Below, piece by piece: positions 53,958 through 63,632 of a DNA stretch of 64,000 bases. Each line of letters starts with the position of its first letter. Position 1 is the stretch's first letter. This DNA is from an uncultured Nitrospiraceae bacterium. GTDB lineage: Bacteria; Nitrospirota; Thermodesulfovibrionia; Thermodesulfovibrionales; Dissulfurispiraceae. The stretch lies in contig CAVPIW010000014.1 in NCBI GenBank assembly GCA_963705105.1, positions 96,001-160,000 on the forward strand, in the 5' to 3' direction. The notes beneath the pieces are model-generated. The model saw nothing but the letters and a program-made list of their open reading frames with translations. It was not told the DNA's origin and did no database searches. The position numbers were made by a program, and so were the translations under genes.

Positions 53958-55649
53958 ATGAAAAGAACATCTGCTCATAATAGAATTGCCCGGCTGTTTC
54001 CCGGCCTGTATATCATCACGATTATCCTGCTTCTGTCGGCATGCCTGCCCCGCTCCCTCGGGGCAAGCAGTGATCCCATGGTTGAGATCGTTGTCTCAAA
54101 GGGCGATGCTCTCATCAAAATCGCCCGGAGCTATCTCGATGTTCCGTCAGGCTGGAAAGAGGTCGCCCGGATCAATCAACTGCGCAATCCCCACCTTCTA
54201 TACCCCGGCCAGCGGCTCCTCGTCCCCGCCAGGCTCCTCCGTGGCACGCCCATGAGCGGCACACTGACCAACGTGAAAGGTCATGTTGAGATGCGGCTGG
54301 GTAACAGCGACACATGGCAACCCACAACTGCGAACGAACGGATTCCTGAAGGGAGCTTCATCAGGACCGGGCAGGATAGCGCCGCAGAGATCACCTTTGA
54401 CAACGGGGAAAAACTGTCGATGCGGGAACTGACCCATGTTGGCCTGGAGACCTCCCGCGATAAAGGGGATATCCTGACTTTCCGGAGATTTTTCCTCGGT
54501 AGCGGCAAGGTCGTCGACAGGGTCATGAAAGCTACGGGCAAGGAGAACCGTACGGAGATCAGGACCCCCTCGGCAACCTGCGCCGTCAGAGGGACGGTTT
54601 TCCGGGGTTCCGTCGACGCGGGGCAGACGTCACGCTTCGAGGTTCTCGACGGCTCTGTCGACATCATGACCGGTCGCCAAAAGATACCGGTTGCACAAGG
54701 CGAAGGAATCATCGTGAGGAAGGGTGAGTACCCGGACCGGCCGATTATGCTCCTGCCGCCGCCGGTGTTAATGGAGAAGAGGGACATGTTCAAAGCTCTC
54801 CCCCTCCATCTCGTTTTCAGACAGGTGGACGGCGCGGTGGGCTACCGGCTCGTCGTGTCGAGGGCCGGGGCCGGTCAGGCCGTGGCGGCCGAGAAAATGG
54901 CCGGTCCTGATGCCTCTTTCAAAGTAGACGGCATTGACGACGGAACGTACACCATAGAAAGCAGCAGTATCGACGAAATCGGTCTTGAGGGTCTGCCTTC
55001 GGAACCGGTGCCGATCAAGGTGAGGGTAAACCCCGTTCCTCCCTACGTCGAATCGCCGGCAGCCGGGGCTGAGTACGCCCCCGGAAAGCTGACCGCACGG
55101 TGGCTCAATGTCTCCAATGCCGCCGCCTATCGCTTTCAGATAGCGGAGGACCCGGCATTCCGGAAGATCATCGAAGACCGGGGACCGGTACGCGGCACCT
55201 CGCACGTGCCGGGCAATCTCGAACCCGGGAACTACCATTTCAGGGTCTGCTCGGTCGCAAAGGACGGGTACGAAGGGGCCTGGTCCGACCCCGTACAATT
55301 CACCATACTCCCGCCTCCCCCGGCGCCGTCCATCGATCCGCCGGAGACGGACGGGCGGACGATCAGGCTGCGCTGGCAGCGCCTCCCCGACAGGATCACG
55401 TACCACTTTCAAATGTCGCGCCATGAGGACTTCAGCGTCGTCATCATGGACGAACGTATCTCCGAGCCGGAAATTTCCTTTGTGCGGCCTGAAGAGGCGG
55501 GAACATACTTCGTGAGGACCAGCGCGATAGCCCCAGGGGACAATGAAGGCAGCTTTTCGAGTCCCCAGTCCTTCATCGTCGAGAGGAAGCCCTACGCGAT
55601 TTACGGCATCCTGGGGGCACTTTTCATCCTCCTCCTGACGGCGCTCTGA
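53958..55649 (+). CDS. LysM-FecR-FnIII-like protein with C-terminal TM anchor (possible lipobox LSAC)
   Basis: VSKGDALIKIA...INQLRNPHLLYPGQRL; IRTPSATCAVRGT.F; beta-sandwich repeats. Confidence 0.85.
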   Translation: MKRTSAHNRIARLFPGLYIITIILLLSACLPRSLGASSDPMVEIVVSKGDALIKIARSYLDVPSGWKEVARINQLRNPHLLYPGQRLLVPARLLRGTPMSGTLTNVKGHVEMRLGNSDTWQPTTANERIPEGSFIRTGQDSAAEITFDNGEKLSMRELTHVGLETSRDKGDILTFRRFFLGSGKVVDRVMKATGKENRTEIRTPSATCAVRGTVFRGSVDAGQTSRFEVLDGSVDIMTGRQKIPVAQGEGIIVRKGEYPDRPIMLLPPPVLMEKRDMFKALPLHLVFRQVDGAVGYRLVVSRAGAGQAVAAEKMAGPDASFKVDGIDDGTYTIESSSIDEIGLEGLPSEPVPIKVRVNPVPPYVESPAAGAEYAPGKLTARWLNVSNAAAYRFQIAEDPAFRKIIEDRGPVRGTSHVPGNLEPGNYHFRVCSVAKDGYEGAWSDPVQFTILPPPPAPSIDPPETDGRTIRLRWQRLPDRITYHFQMSRHEDFSVVIMDERISEPEISFVRPEEAGTYFVRTSAIAPGDNEGSFSSPQSFIVERKPYAIYGILGALFILLLTAL

Positions 55650-55673
55650 TCCGGCACAGCCTTGCTCTGAACC

Positions 55674-58289
55674 ATGACACCGCCCCCCCTTTTCAGGGTC
55701 ATCCTTCGCCACTCCCTCCTCCTCTTCCTGGGAGCGGCGATGATCCTCTCTCTGGAGTATGTCGGGATGTTCGAGGGGGCGGACAATTACCTCCACGATC
55801 TCTCCTTCCGGGTGAGAGGCACCGTCGTCGCCAATGACAACATCATCATTGTCGCCATAGACGAGCAGACGCTTGAAAAACTCGGCAGGTGGCCTCTCAA
55901 CAGAAGACATTATGCCACGCTGTTGGATCGCACGAGGGAAGCCAGAGTCGTCGCGTTCGATATAATCATGGCCGAACCGACAGGGGATGACATCATTTTC
56001 GAAGAGGCGATGCGGGGCCACGGACATGTGGTCCTGCCGGCACATCTCGACGACGGGCTCGGCTTCCGTAATCCTGCCGGTACCCTGGCTTCTTACAGGG
56101 CGGGCCATGTCCATGTCGAGCAGGGCGTTGACGGTGTCGTCCGGAAGGTGTTTCACCGGCTTAAAAGCGGCAGCGCCTCTCTGCCCTCCTTCTCGCTGGC
56201 GATTCTCGAAACAGTGGACGGAAGCGCACCGGCAACGGAACGTCCACAGGCGAGCCCTTCCTCCGGACATCCTGCCGTTGTGCAGGACGAGGCCATGCAT
56301 ATCAATTTCTACGGTCCCGAGGGAACGTTCCGTACTGTCTCATTTGCCGATGTCATCGATGGAACATACCGTTCCGCCCTGTTTCGCGGCAAGATCGTTT
56401 TCGTCGGCGTGACGGCTGCAGGGCTGGAAGACAAGGTTCTCACGCCATTCACCCAGAACAGAGACCGCATGTCCGGCGTTGAAGTCCATGCTACCTGTCT
56501 CAGCAATCTGCTGCATCAGGACTTCACCCGTGTCCTGCCGGACCGGCTTCGGCTTGTCACTGCCTTGTTTCTCTCCGCCGGAGCCCTCTTTCTCTTCATA
56601 CGACTTGACGAGAAGAGGGCCGTCGCACTGTTGATGGCCGGTCTCGCGACAGTGACTTTCCTGACATTCTTCCTTTTCTCATCGCCGGGCATTTGGGCGA
56701 ACCCGTCTTTGCTGTTTGCGTCTTTTTCCTTCATGTTTCTCGTCGCCTACATCGTGCGGATCGAGAGGGTCGGCCAGTTGCTTTTCTTCGCAAGGGCCGA
56801 ATGGGAGGCAACGTTCAATGACATCAGCGACGCCATCGTCGTCCACGACAGGGACTTCACGATCATCCGCGCCAACAGGGCGGCAGTCCCGTTCATTGAG
56901 GGTGCGCAAAGTGAGACCTGGAAAGCGCGGTTCCGCGGGTTTGGCGGCGGATACCGGGATTCGGCCGATGAAAAGCACCTGCGTCAGGCGAAACCTGCGT
57001 CGGTTGAGGTCTTTGAACCGTCACTCGGCAGATTTCTTGAGATAACGACGATCCCGAGGCTCGACGAACATCACCGGTTCGCAGGCATGATACACCTGAT
57101 CAGGGATGTAACGGAACGGATAGAGGCCGAAAATCAGATACGCACTCATCTGGAGCGACTCCGAGTTCTCCGCACCATCGATCACGCGATCACATCGAGT
57201 CTCGACCTGCAGGTGACACTCAATGTGCTTCTCCACGAGGTCGTCTCCCATCTCCACGTCGACGCCGCTGTCGTGTTGCTCTGCGGGGCCGATGGGGGCT
57301 CACCGGAATTCGCAGCCGGCAGGAGTAGAAACGGCACCATGATGCCGGAGCGGAAAGAGATGACTGCAAATGGACTGTCCCGGGAAGTGGTGCGGTCGAT
57401 GAAGCCACTTGTCATACCCGACCTCGGCGGCAACGCCCCGGCATCTTTCCGCGCCGCCCGAGCAGGAGACTTCCGCGCCTATTTCGGCATGCCCCTCGTC
57501 GTCAAGAGTCAGCTCAGGGGTGTCCTGGAGCTGTATCACCGCACCCCCTTCGATCCCGATGCATCCTGGGTAGATTTTCTCGCAGCGCTGACGGGCCAGG
57601 CAGCGATAGCCATCGACAATGCGCTGATGTTCAAAGACCTCCAGCTCTCACGCGAAGAAATCGTCAAAGCGTACGACGCCACCATCGAGGGATGGTCACG
57701 GGCGATGGATGTCAGGGACAGCGATACGGAGGGACATTCCAGAAGGGTAGCGGATATGACGGTTGCACTGGGCAGGGCGATGTCCGTCCCCGAGGACCAG
57801 CTCGTTCATTACCGGCGCGGCGCCCTCCTCCATGACATCGGAAAGCTCGGTGTTCCCGACAGCATTTTGAGGAAAGAGGGGCCGCTCACCGACGAAGAGA
57901 GGGAACTCATGAAAGCACATCCCGTCATCTCTTATGAAATGCTGTCTCCGATTGCTTTCCTGAGACCAGCCCTCGATATCCCGCATTGTCACCATGAGCG
58001 ATGGGACGGCAAGGGTTATCCGAGGGGCCTGAAGGGTTGTGAAATCCCGCTTTCGGCAAGGATATTCGCCGTTGTGGATATCTGGGACGCCATCTGCTCC
58101 GAGCGGCCGTATAGTCCTGCCTGGTCCAGAGAGCAGGCACTGGCTCACATTCACTCCCTCTCGGGCAGTCACCTCGATGCTTCGGTGGTTGCGGTTTTTC
58201 TGAAGATGCAGGACGATGACAGCCGGGCGCCGGAACATTCAGCTCGGGCGGCTCACGACGACATCGTTCATCCTGCCGGGATTACATGA
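55674..58289 (+). CDS. CHASE2-PAS-GAF-HD-GYP cyclic di-GMP phosphodiesterase
   Basis: IVAIDEQTL..LGRWP, DGVVR, MSGVEVHA, LHDIGK, HHERWDGKGYP. Confidence 0.92.
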   Translation: MTPPPLFRVILRHSLLLFLGAAMILSLEYVGMFEGADNYLHDLSFRVRGTVVANDNIIIVAIDEQTLEKLGRWPLNRRHYATLLDRTREARVVAFDIIMAEPTGDDIIFEEAMRGHGHVVLPAHLDDGLGFRNPAGTLASYRAGHVHVEQGVDGVVRKVFHRLKSGSASLPSFSLAILETVDGSAPATERPQASPSSGHPAVVQDEAMHINFYGPEGTFRTVSFADVIDGTYRSALFRGKIVFVGVTAAGLEDKVLTPFTQNRDRMSGVEVHATCLSNLLHQDFTRVLPDRLRLVTALFLSAGALFLFIRLDEKRAVALLMAGLATVTFLTFFLFSSPGIWANPSLLFASFSFMFLVAYIVRIERVGQLLFFARAEWEATFNDISDAIVVHDRDFTIIRANRAAVPFIEGAQSETWKARFRGFGGGYRDSADEKHLRQAKPASVEVFEPSLGRFLEITTIPRLDEHHRFAGMIHLIRDVTERIEAENQIRTHLERLRVLRTIDHAITSSLDLQVTLNVLLHEVVSHLHVDAAVVLLCGADGGSPEFAAGRSRNGTMMPERKEMTANGLSREVVRSMKPLVIPDLGGNAPASFRAARAGDFRAYFGMPLVVKSQLRGVLELYHRTPFDPDASWVDFLAALTGQAAIAIDNALMFKDLQLSREEIVKAYDATIEGWSRAMDVRDSDTEGHSRRVADMTVALGRAMSVPEDQLVHYRRGALLHDIGKLGVPDSILRKEGPLTDEERELMKAHPVISYEMLSPIAFLRPALDIPHCHHERWDGKGYPRGLKGCEIPLSARIFAVVDIWDAICSERPYSPAWSREQALAHIHSLSGSHLDASVVAVFLKMQDDDSRAPEHSARAAHDDIVHPAGIT

Positions 58290-58306
58290 CGGGCTGAGGA
58301 TGAAAA

Positions 58307-58322
58307 TGTTCCACGTGGAACA
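58307..58322. promoter_or_regulatory. parS site
   Basis: TGTTCCACGTGGAACA. Confidence 0.85.
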
Positions 58323-58358
58323 TCCATCCCCCAAAGCGGACAGTCCATGATGAATCAA

Positions 58359-58724
58359 CCTTATCGTTGCATACGCTTTCCGGAAAGGCGGGGCGTATGC
58401 GCCACTGAACAGTAGACAATAGGCAGTAATCAGTAGTCGGAAAAAGGCCGCGACCAACTGACGGGGAGGCTGATGTGGTGAAAAACCTTTCCGCTAAGAT
58501 ACCTTATCTGTCCCAGATCACCCTTTGCCGTGTCTGTCGATACCAAATGCCCGTGAGGCAACGGGCATTGAACGCCTTGAGATGTCTCATCATCGCATTG
58601 GAAAGGCTTTGAACCATATCTGCCTTCCCGGAGGAAGCAGTAGTGACACCGACACTGACACTCACACTGTCACTGACACTGTATTTCAGAGCGCTTCGCC
58701 CCGCCTTTTCATGCAACGACAGGG
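58359..58724 (+). mobile_element. MITE copy (L3, element A 58463-58629, R2); TSD TCAA
   Basis: CCTTATCGTTGCA / TGCAACGACAGGG flanked by TCAA. Confidence 0.93.
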
Positions 58725-58972
58725 TCAAGTGCCGAGTTGATGAAGTTGAATGGGTTGAAGAATCTGACTGAGGTGAATACCGACGCTGTCATGAACACTA
58801 TTTACAATAGATTGACTCCATGCACTCACATCATTACGAAAACAGACGCTGCCGCTTTTCTTTGCGCTCTTTGCGGTTCAGCGCGAGACGGCCTTGAGAT
58901 ATTTTCCTTTCACCGGCATGACCATTGTTGTGCCGAGGCGGTTCGTGCATTCTTCCATATAAAAAGTGATGC

Positions 58973-59056
58973 CTAATTCATGAAAGCGATAGCGAAGGAC
59001 GCCATGGCACCGATGAAACACACTGCACTGAGCGAGTATGAAATGATGGTTTTCAT
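58973..59056 (-). CDS. 27-aa hydrophobic peptide
   Basis: RBS AGAGGAGG; MKTIISYSLSAVCFIGAMASFAIAFMN; upstream sigma54 motif. Confidence 0.6.
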   Translation of the reverse strand: MKTIISYSLSAVCFIGAMASFAIAFMN

Positions 59057-59119
59057 TGTGTCCTCCTCTTTGTCGGCCCGTTGTCCATGCCCATCGTCAT
59101 GGCTGATGTCATCAATAAA

Positions 59120-59135
59120 TGCAATGACGATGCCA
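59120..59135 (-). promoter_or_regulatory. Sigma54 -24/-12 promoter
   Basis: TGGCATCGTCATTGCA on the minus strand. Confidence 0.7.
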
Positions 59136-59276
59136 CCTTTTATCTCTTTGATTTTATTGTGTTTCAAGATTGGCCTTTTGGTATGGATTCGCCGATACTA
59201 TGGAATATTTCCATAGAGCATGGGTTTGCACCCCCTGTCATGGGCAAGTTTCTTGGCTATCCTTCACGTGAATAAA

Positions 59277-59643
59277 CCTTATCGTTGCATAGGCTTTCCG
59301 GAAAGGCGGGGCGTATGCGCCACTGAACAGTAGACAATAGGCAGTAATCAGTAGTCGGAAAAAGGCCGCGACCAACTGATGGGGAGGCTGATGTGGTGAA
59401 AAACCTTTCCGCTAAGATACCTTATCTGTCCCCAGACCACCCTTTGCCGTGTCTGTCGATACCAAATGCCCGTGAGGCAACGGGCATTGAACGCCTTGAG
59501 ATGTCTCATCATCGCATTGGAAAGGCTTTGAACCATATCTGCCTTCCCGGAGGAAGCAGTAGTGACACCGACACTGACACTCACACTGTCACTGACACTG
59601 TATTTCAGAGCGCTTCGCCCCGCCTTTTCATGCAACTGGAAGG
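59277..59643 (+). mobile_element. MITE copy (L3, element A 59381-59548, R2); TSD TAAA
   Basis: CCTTATCGTTGCA / TGCAACTGGAAGG flanked by TAAA; nearly identical to the 58359 copy. Confidence 0.93.
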
Positions 59644-59685
59644 TAAACTGTACATGAGACCGCAGCTCTTATGGTAAAATAACAT

Positions 59686-60291
59686 ATGCGTATTGCAAAG
59701 GCTGAACCGCCCACCTATCAGGACCCCCGAAAACGCTCTTCCCCTGACATGTCTCAGGGAGACGCCCCCCGGGGCGTCAGGGAATCGTTTGACTCGGTGC
59801 TGCGGAAGTTGTCGGAAAGCGAAAACGGGGACGACAGGAAGTTCGCCTCGTCTCTCCGCAAGGTGCTGGATCACGAAGGGATTCGCTACGTATCGAACGA
59901 TGCCGGCAAGGGTGAAGGACGGTATGGTATTCTCGGGTCTACGGCGAAGCAATTCGGTTACGGCGGCAGCATGCAGGACATATCGGCTGAACAGGCCGTC
60001 GCCATCTACCGGAAACTCTGGGACAAGTCCGGAGCCGCTTCATTATCCGACCCCTTGGCCATTGCCCACTTCGACACATACGTGAATTCGCCCTCGGCCG
60101 CAGCAAGATTCCTCAAGCAATCCGGCGGGGATGCGTCCGAATACCTGGAGCTGCGTGAGGTCCGGTACAGGCGGCTGGCCACAACCAAGCCCGCGCGGTT
60201 CTCGAAATACCTCAAAGGATGGCTCAACCGCCTCGCGGCCCTCAGGCAGACCGTCTTCGCGGGCGGTCCTGACAAGCCCCGGTCCGGTTAG
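59686..60291 (+). CDS. Glycosyl hydrolase 108-like (lysozyme-like) protein
   Basis: VLDHEG, RYGI, A.AIYRKLW, HFDTYVNS, KYLKGWLNRL. Confidence 0.75.
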   Translation: MRIAKAEPPTYQDPRKRSSPDMSQGDAPRGVRESFDSVLRKLSESENGDDRKFASSLRKVLDHEGIRYVSNDAGKGEGRYGILGSTAKQFGYGGSMQDISAEQAVAIYRKLWDKSGAASLSDPLAIAHFDTYVNSPSAAARFLKQSGGDASEYLELREVRYRRLATTKPARFSKYLKGWLNRLAALRQTVFAGGPDKPRSG

Positions 60292-60319
60292 CCGGACCCC
60301 CGGTTCTCCACTCATTTCA

Positions 60320-60372
60320 CCTTATCGTTGCAACACACTCTCAGGAAAGGCGGGGTGTATGCAACTACGGGG
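60320..60372 (+). mobile_element. 53-bp mini-MITE; TSD TTCA
   Basis: CCTTATCGTTGCA...AAAGGCGGGGTGTATGCAACTACGGGG flanked by TTCA. Confidence 0.9.
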
Positions 60373-60392
60373 TTCACTGACACTACACTATT

Positions 60393-60770
60393 TCACCGGC
60401 CCATGTACCGCTCGTAGGAACGGTTGAACCTGTCGGCAAGCGTGGGGTCCCTTGGTTCGGGACCCCTCAGGTTGAGTTCCATCCGTATCCTTCCGTCGGC
60501 CTGCCTCGATACGAATATCTCCGCTTCCGTCGTCCCCTTTCGTCCGATGATCGTCCCCGTGTCCCTGTTGGCCGACAGGATCTCTATCCCGGCGTCATCG
60601 GCGGCCCTAAGGGCACTGTCCCAGACTCGATCGAAAGAGCTTGGCGGGGGGTAATACACACCGGCGGGCACCGGTTCATACACGACGCAGGCATATGTCT
60701 GTGTGACGATGACGACCGCGAGAGCCAGCCTCAGGGCGGCCCAAAAACTCTTATTCCCTGACAAACTCAT
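60393..60770 (-). CDS. Putative lipoprotein
   Basis: Signal with TYAC lipobox-like site; FDRVWDSALRA. Confidence 0.65.
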   Translation of the reverse strand: MSLSGNKSFWAALRLALAVVIVTQTYACVVYEPVPAGVYYPPPSSFDRVWDSALRAADDAGIEILSANRDTGTIIGRKGTTEAEIFVSRQADGRIRMELNLRGPEPRDPTLADRFNRSYERYMGR

Positions 60771-63316
60771 CTACGGCCTCCTCCCCCGCCTCCGCGTGAT
60801 GCGCCTCCTCCGCCACCGCCCCTGAAGGAACCTCCGCTGGGAGCGCCGCCACCCCTGAAGGAGGAACCCCCGCTGGGAGCGCTTCCCCTGAAGGAACCAC
60901 CGGAAGAGGGACTGCTCCTGAAACTCCCGCCAGACGAACGATCAGCCCGGGAGCCTCCCCACTGCGGCATGCCGCCCGGGAATGTCCCGCCGAAAGAACC
61001 CCGGCCCGTCGAAAAGCTCCTCTCCCTGTCGATTCCCCGGGTTCGTGCGGAGAAGTCTCTCTCGAGACCGGGGCGGACACTGTTGAACCGTGACCGGTCT
61101 ATCTGCTCCGCCCGGGACCAGCGGTTGCTGTTGTCGCGCTGCTCCCATCCCCTGTCGGTCCTCCGGTAGACACCCCCGTCGCGGCCGGCATAGACGTTGT
61201 TCTCACTGAACCGGCTGCCCCTTGATGTCTGATCGAATCTCTGTCCTGTCGTGCCGCGGGACGTTTGACCCGTTCCCCTTTCAAAAGGTGTTCTCTGGGT
61301 TCCTTCAAAGCGCCGGTCCGTCGGTCTTGCCGCTCTGGTGTTAGTACCGGTATCGCGGGTCCCTCTCACCGACCTGTCGACGCCGGGGAACTGCCGGCCG
61401 CCGGAGACATATCCGGACCGGCTGAATCCCGAGGCCTGCCTGTTCCACTGGTGTGTCCCCGGCCTGTTGTACACGTTATACGGATGGGCATAGTGACGTG
61501 ATCCGCTCCCTGTGTGCCCGTAATACCTGCCGTAATAATTCTTGTAGTACGGATGATGATAATATCCAACGTGCCCGTAGCCATACCATGGATACCACCA
61601 GCCGCCCCATCCCCACCAGGGAGAGCTGATGACACCGAGGGAAAAACCGAAGAACGCGCCGGAGTAAAAACCGGCGCCGAACCCCCAGTAACCGTAGGGC
61701 TGATAATACCACGGATACAAGCCCCAGGTGAGGGGCGCCGGGTAGTAGTATGAGCCGACCCATCCCGGATACGCATATCCGGTGCCGAAAACAACGCTAC
61801 CCCCGTAGACATAGGATCCGACATAGCCCGGAGTGTAGCCGACATGGACGACTTCCGGCGTCGAGTCATAGATGTAGACGTATTTGACATTGTACACGGG
61901 GCTGTCGGGCGGTATCCTGTCCACCTCCTCCGGTCTGTAGTCGGAAACGACCCAGGGACCGTCAGGGGAGTCCGCCGCAAACCAGACCGCCCTGTGGCAG
62001 GCGTAATATTTGCCGCTTATCTTGAGCACCTGGTAGCTCGTATTCACCGCATATTCAATATCCGTTCCGCCGATCCGCTCAAATTTGGGCGTTCCGTCAT
62101 ATGTGACGTCGAGACGCGCATCAGCACGCTTGATCGCCGCGGTCTGAGGGATCTGGGCATCCGCCACCGCCTCATCGGCCTGTTTCGTGTCGGCGATGAA
62201 GGTGAGCACATAGCCCTTCTCGGACGAAGGCGGGATCTGGTAGAACGTCGCCGGCAGCTTCTGGGAAGCAACGTATGTCCACGGTCCCTCGCTGAGCGAC
62301 TGACTCCTGTACCACCGGCCGGCGAGAACGACATAGTACTGCCGGGACTTTACGTCATAGAAGACGTCCCTGTCGGTGTTGTTCATATAGAGCAGGTCCG
62401 TTCCCGAAACGACGGAGTACTGCGGTTCACCGTCGGAAACGATCAGCTCTGACGGTTCCGTGGCGACGATGACTGCCGGGATGGCGCCGGCTTCTTTCTG
62501 AGAGGTCGTCGTCGCCTGTTCGGCATCCTCAGGCTCCGCGACGCGACGGGCAGCGCGGGCAATGGAAACCGGCGGGCTGGCGACCCTTTCCCAGGCGCCT
62601 TTGATGTCCGCCGTCTTATACCACACTGCGGAACTCTTCAGGTAGTAGGCCTTCTCTCCCGGTTCGTAAAGCATGACGTAGGGCGTATTGACGACCCGCT
62701 GAATGTCCGTCCCCTCGACATCCCTCAGGATCGGCTTGCCGTTGACAACGATGAGAGCAGAGGGGGTCGACGCAAAGAGGATCTTCGGCGGGTCGTTGTT
62801 GATTTTATCGGCCGACGCCTTTTCCCGCTCTATCGACGCCGTCATCGCGACAAAACGGTCCTGTGACATCGACATCGCGGCACCCGATGCCATCTGGTTC
62901 ACGAGGGACTGAGCGAGATCCTTGTCCTGCTCTGCCGCCTCCTTCGAGTAACGCAGATTTTCGATCTTCACGTCGGCGAATTCCACCGTCCTCTCGTCAC
63001 GGTCCGTCGCGATGCGCGCCGAAAACCAGACGACGCCGAAGATCGGCTCCTTTTCACCCTTCCTGAGAATCGCTATGGCCGACCGGGCGTTGACTTTGTC
63101 GGCCTTGAACATCTCGAGCTGAGGCTGGTAAATCGTCACCTTGCCATTCTTTGAATGGACCTCCCGCGGCCAGTTCCAGTCAGCCCCGGCCGTTCCGTAC
63201 CCTGCGCATACGAAGACGGCTGTCATGGCGATTGCGACAGCCCACCACCCGGCAAGCCCCGACACCTTCTTCCCTCTGAACCGGATCTTCATCGTACCCT
63301 CCCCGGCGGGGGACAT
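60767..63316 (-). CDS. Large exported protein with Tyr/Gly/Trp-rich segment and Gly/Arg/Ser-rich tail
   Basis: Signal peptide; IYQPQ, YYVVLAGRWYRS, NNVYAGRDG.VYR. Confidence 0.75.
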   Translation of the reverse strand: MSPAGEGTMKIRFRGKKVSGLAGWWAVAIAMTAVFVCAGYGTAGADWNWPREVHSKNGKVTIYQPQLEMFKADKVNARSAIAILRKGEKEPIFGVVWFSARIATDRDERTVEFADVKIENLRYSKEAAEQDKDLAQSLVNQMASGAAMSMSQDRFVAMTASIEREKASADKINNDPPKILFASTPSALIVVNGKPILRDVEGTDIQRVVNTPYVMLYEPGEKAYYLKSSAVWYKTADIKGAWERVASPPVSIARAARRVAEPEDAEQATTTSQKEAGAIPAVIVATEPSELIVSDGEPQYSVVSGTDLLYMNNTDRDVFYDVKSRQYYVVLAGRWYRSQSLSEGPWTYVASQKLPATFYQIPPSSEKGYVLTFIADTKQADEAVADAQIPQTAAIKRADARLDVTYDGTPKFERIGGTDIEYAVNTSYQVLKISGKYYACHRAVWFAADSPDGPWVVSDYRPEEVDRIPPDSPVYNVKYVYIYDSTPEVVHVGYTPGYVGSYVYGGSVVFGTGYAYPGWVGSYYYPAPLTWGLYPWYYQPYGYWGFGAGFYSGAFFGFSLGVISSPWWGWGGWWYPWYGYGHVGYYHHPYYKNYYGRYYGHTGSGSRHYAHPYNVYNRPGTHQWNRQASGFSRSGYVSGGRQFPGVDRSVRGTRDTGTNTRAARPTDRRFEGTQRTPFERGTGQTSRGTTGQRFDQTSRGSRFSENNVYAGRDGGVYRRTDRGWEQRDNSNRWSRAEQIDRSRFNSVRPGLERDFSARTRGIDRERSFSTGRGSFGGTFPGGMPQWGGSRADRSSGGSFRSSPSSGGSFRGSAPSGGSSFRGGGAPSGGSFRGGGGGGASRGGGGGGRR

Positions 63317-63595
63317 TCCTCCGCTCCGATCGGATTAGTAGCTACTAAATTATAGACAATATAAGGGGGAAAAAGTTTAAATTCCGCAGCCTGGCGACGC
63401 GAGGCGGCGGTACCATATTTTTCCCGCGGGGCCGACCGATGATACAGGGCGGCATGGTATGAAAAAAATGAAGATATGGACTGTTCTTTTTGGGGTCGTG
63501 ATGGTTTTGGCAGCCGTCGGCGCCGCCAGCAGGAGCTCTATCTCTTCATCCTGCAGTAAAGTCGCCGCAGTCTGCGTCAGTGAGAGGAATACTTC

Positions 63596-63620
63596 GGGCC
63601 GTTCGGGGAACGGCCCCTAC
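63596..63620 (-). repeat. Stand-alone GTAG REP
   Basis: Reverse complement of GTAGGGGCCGTTCCCCGAACGGCCC. Confidence 0.8.
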
Positions 63621-63632
63621 AGATCAACAAGG

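Noticed and set aside
58359..59643. Composite transposon inserted as one unit
   Set aside because: The outer flanks differ (TCAA versus TAAA) and each copy has its own TSD
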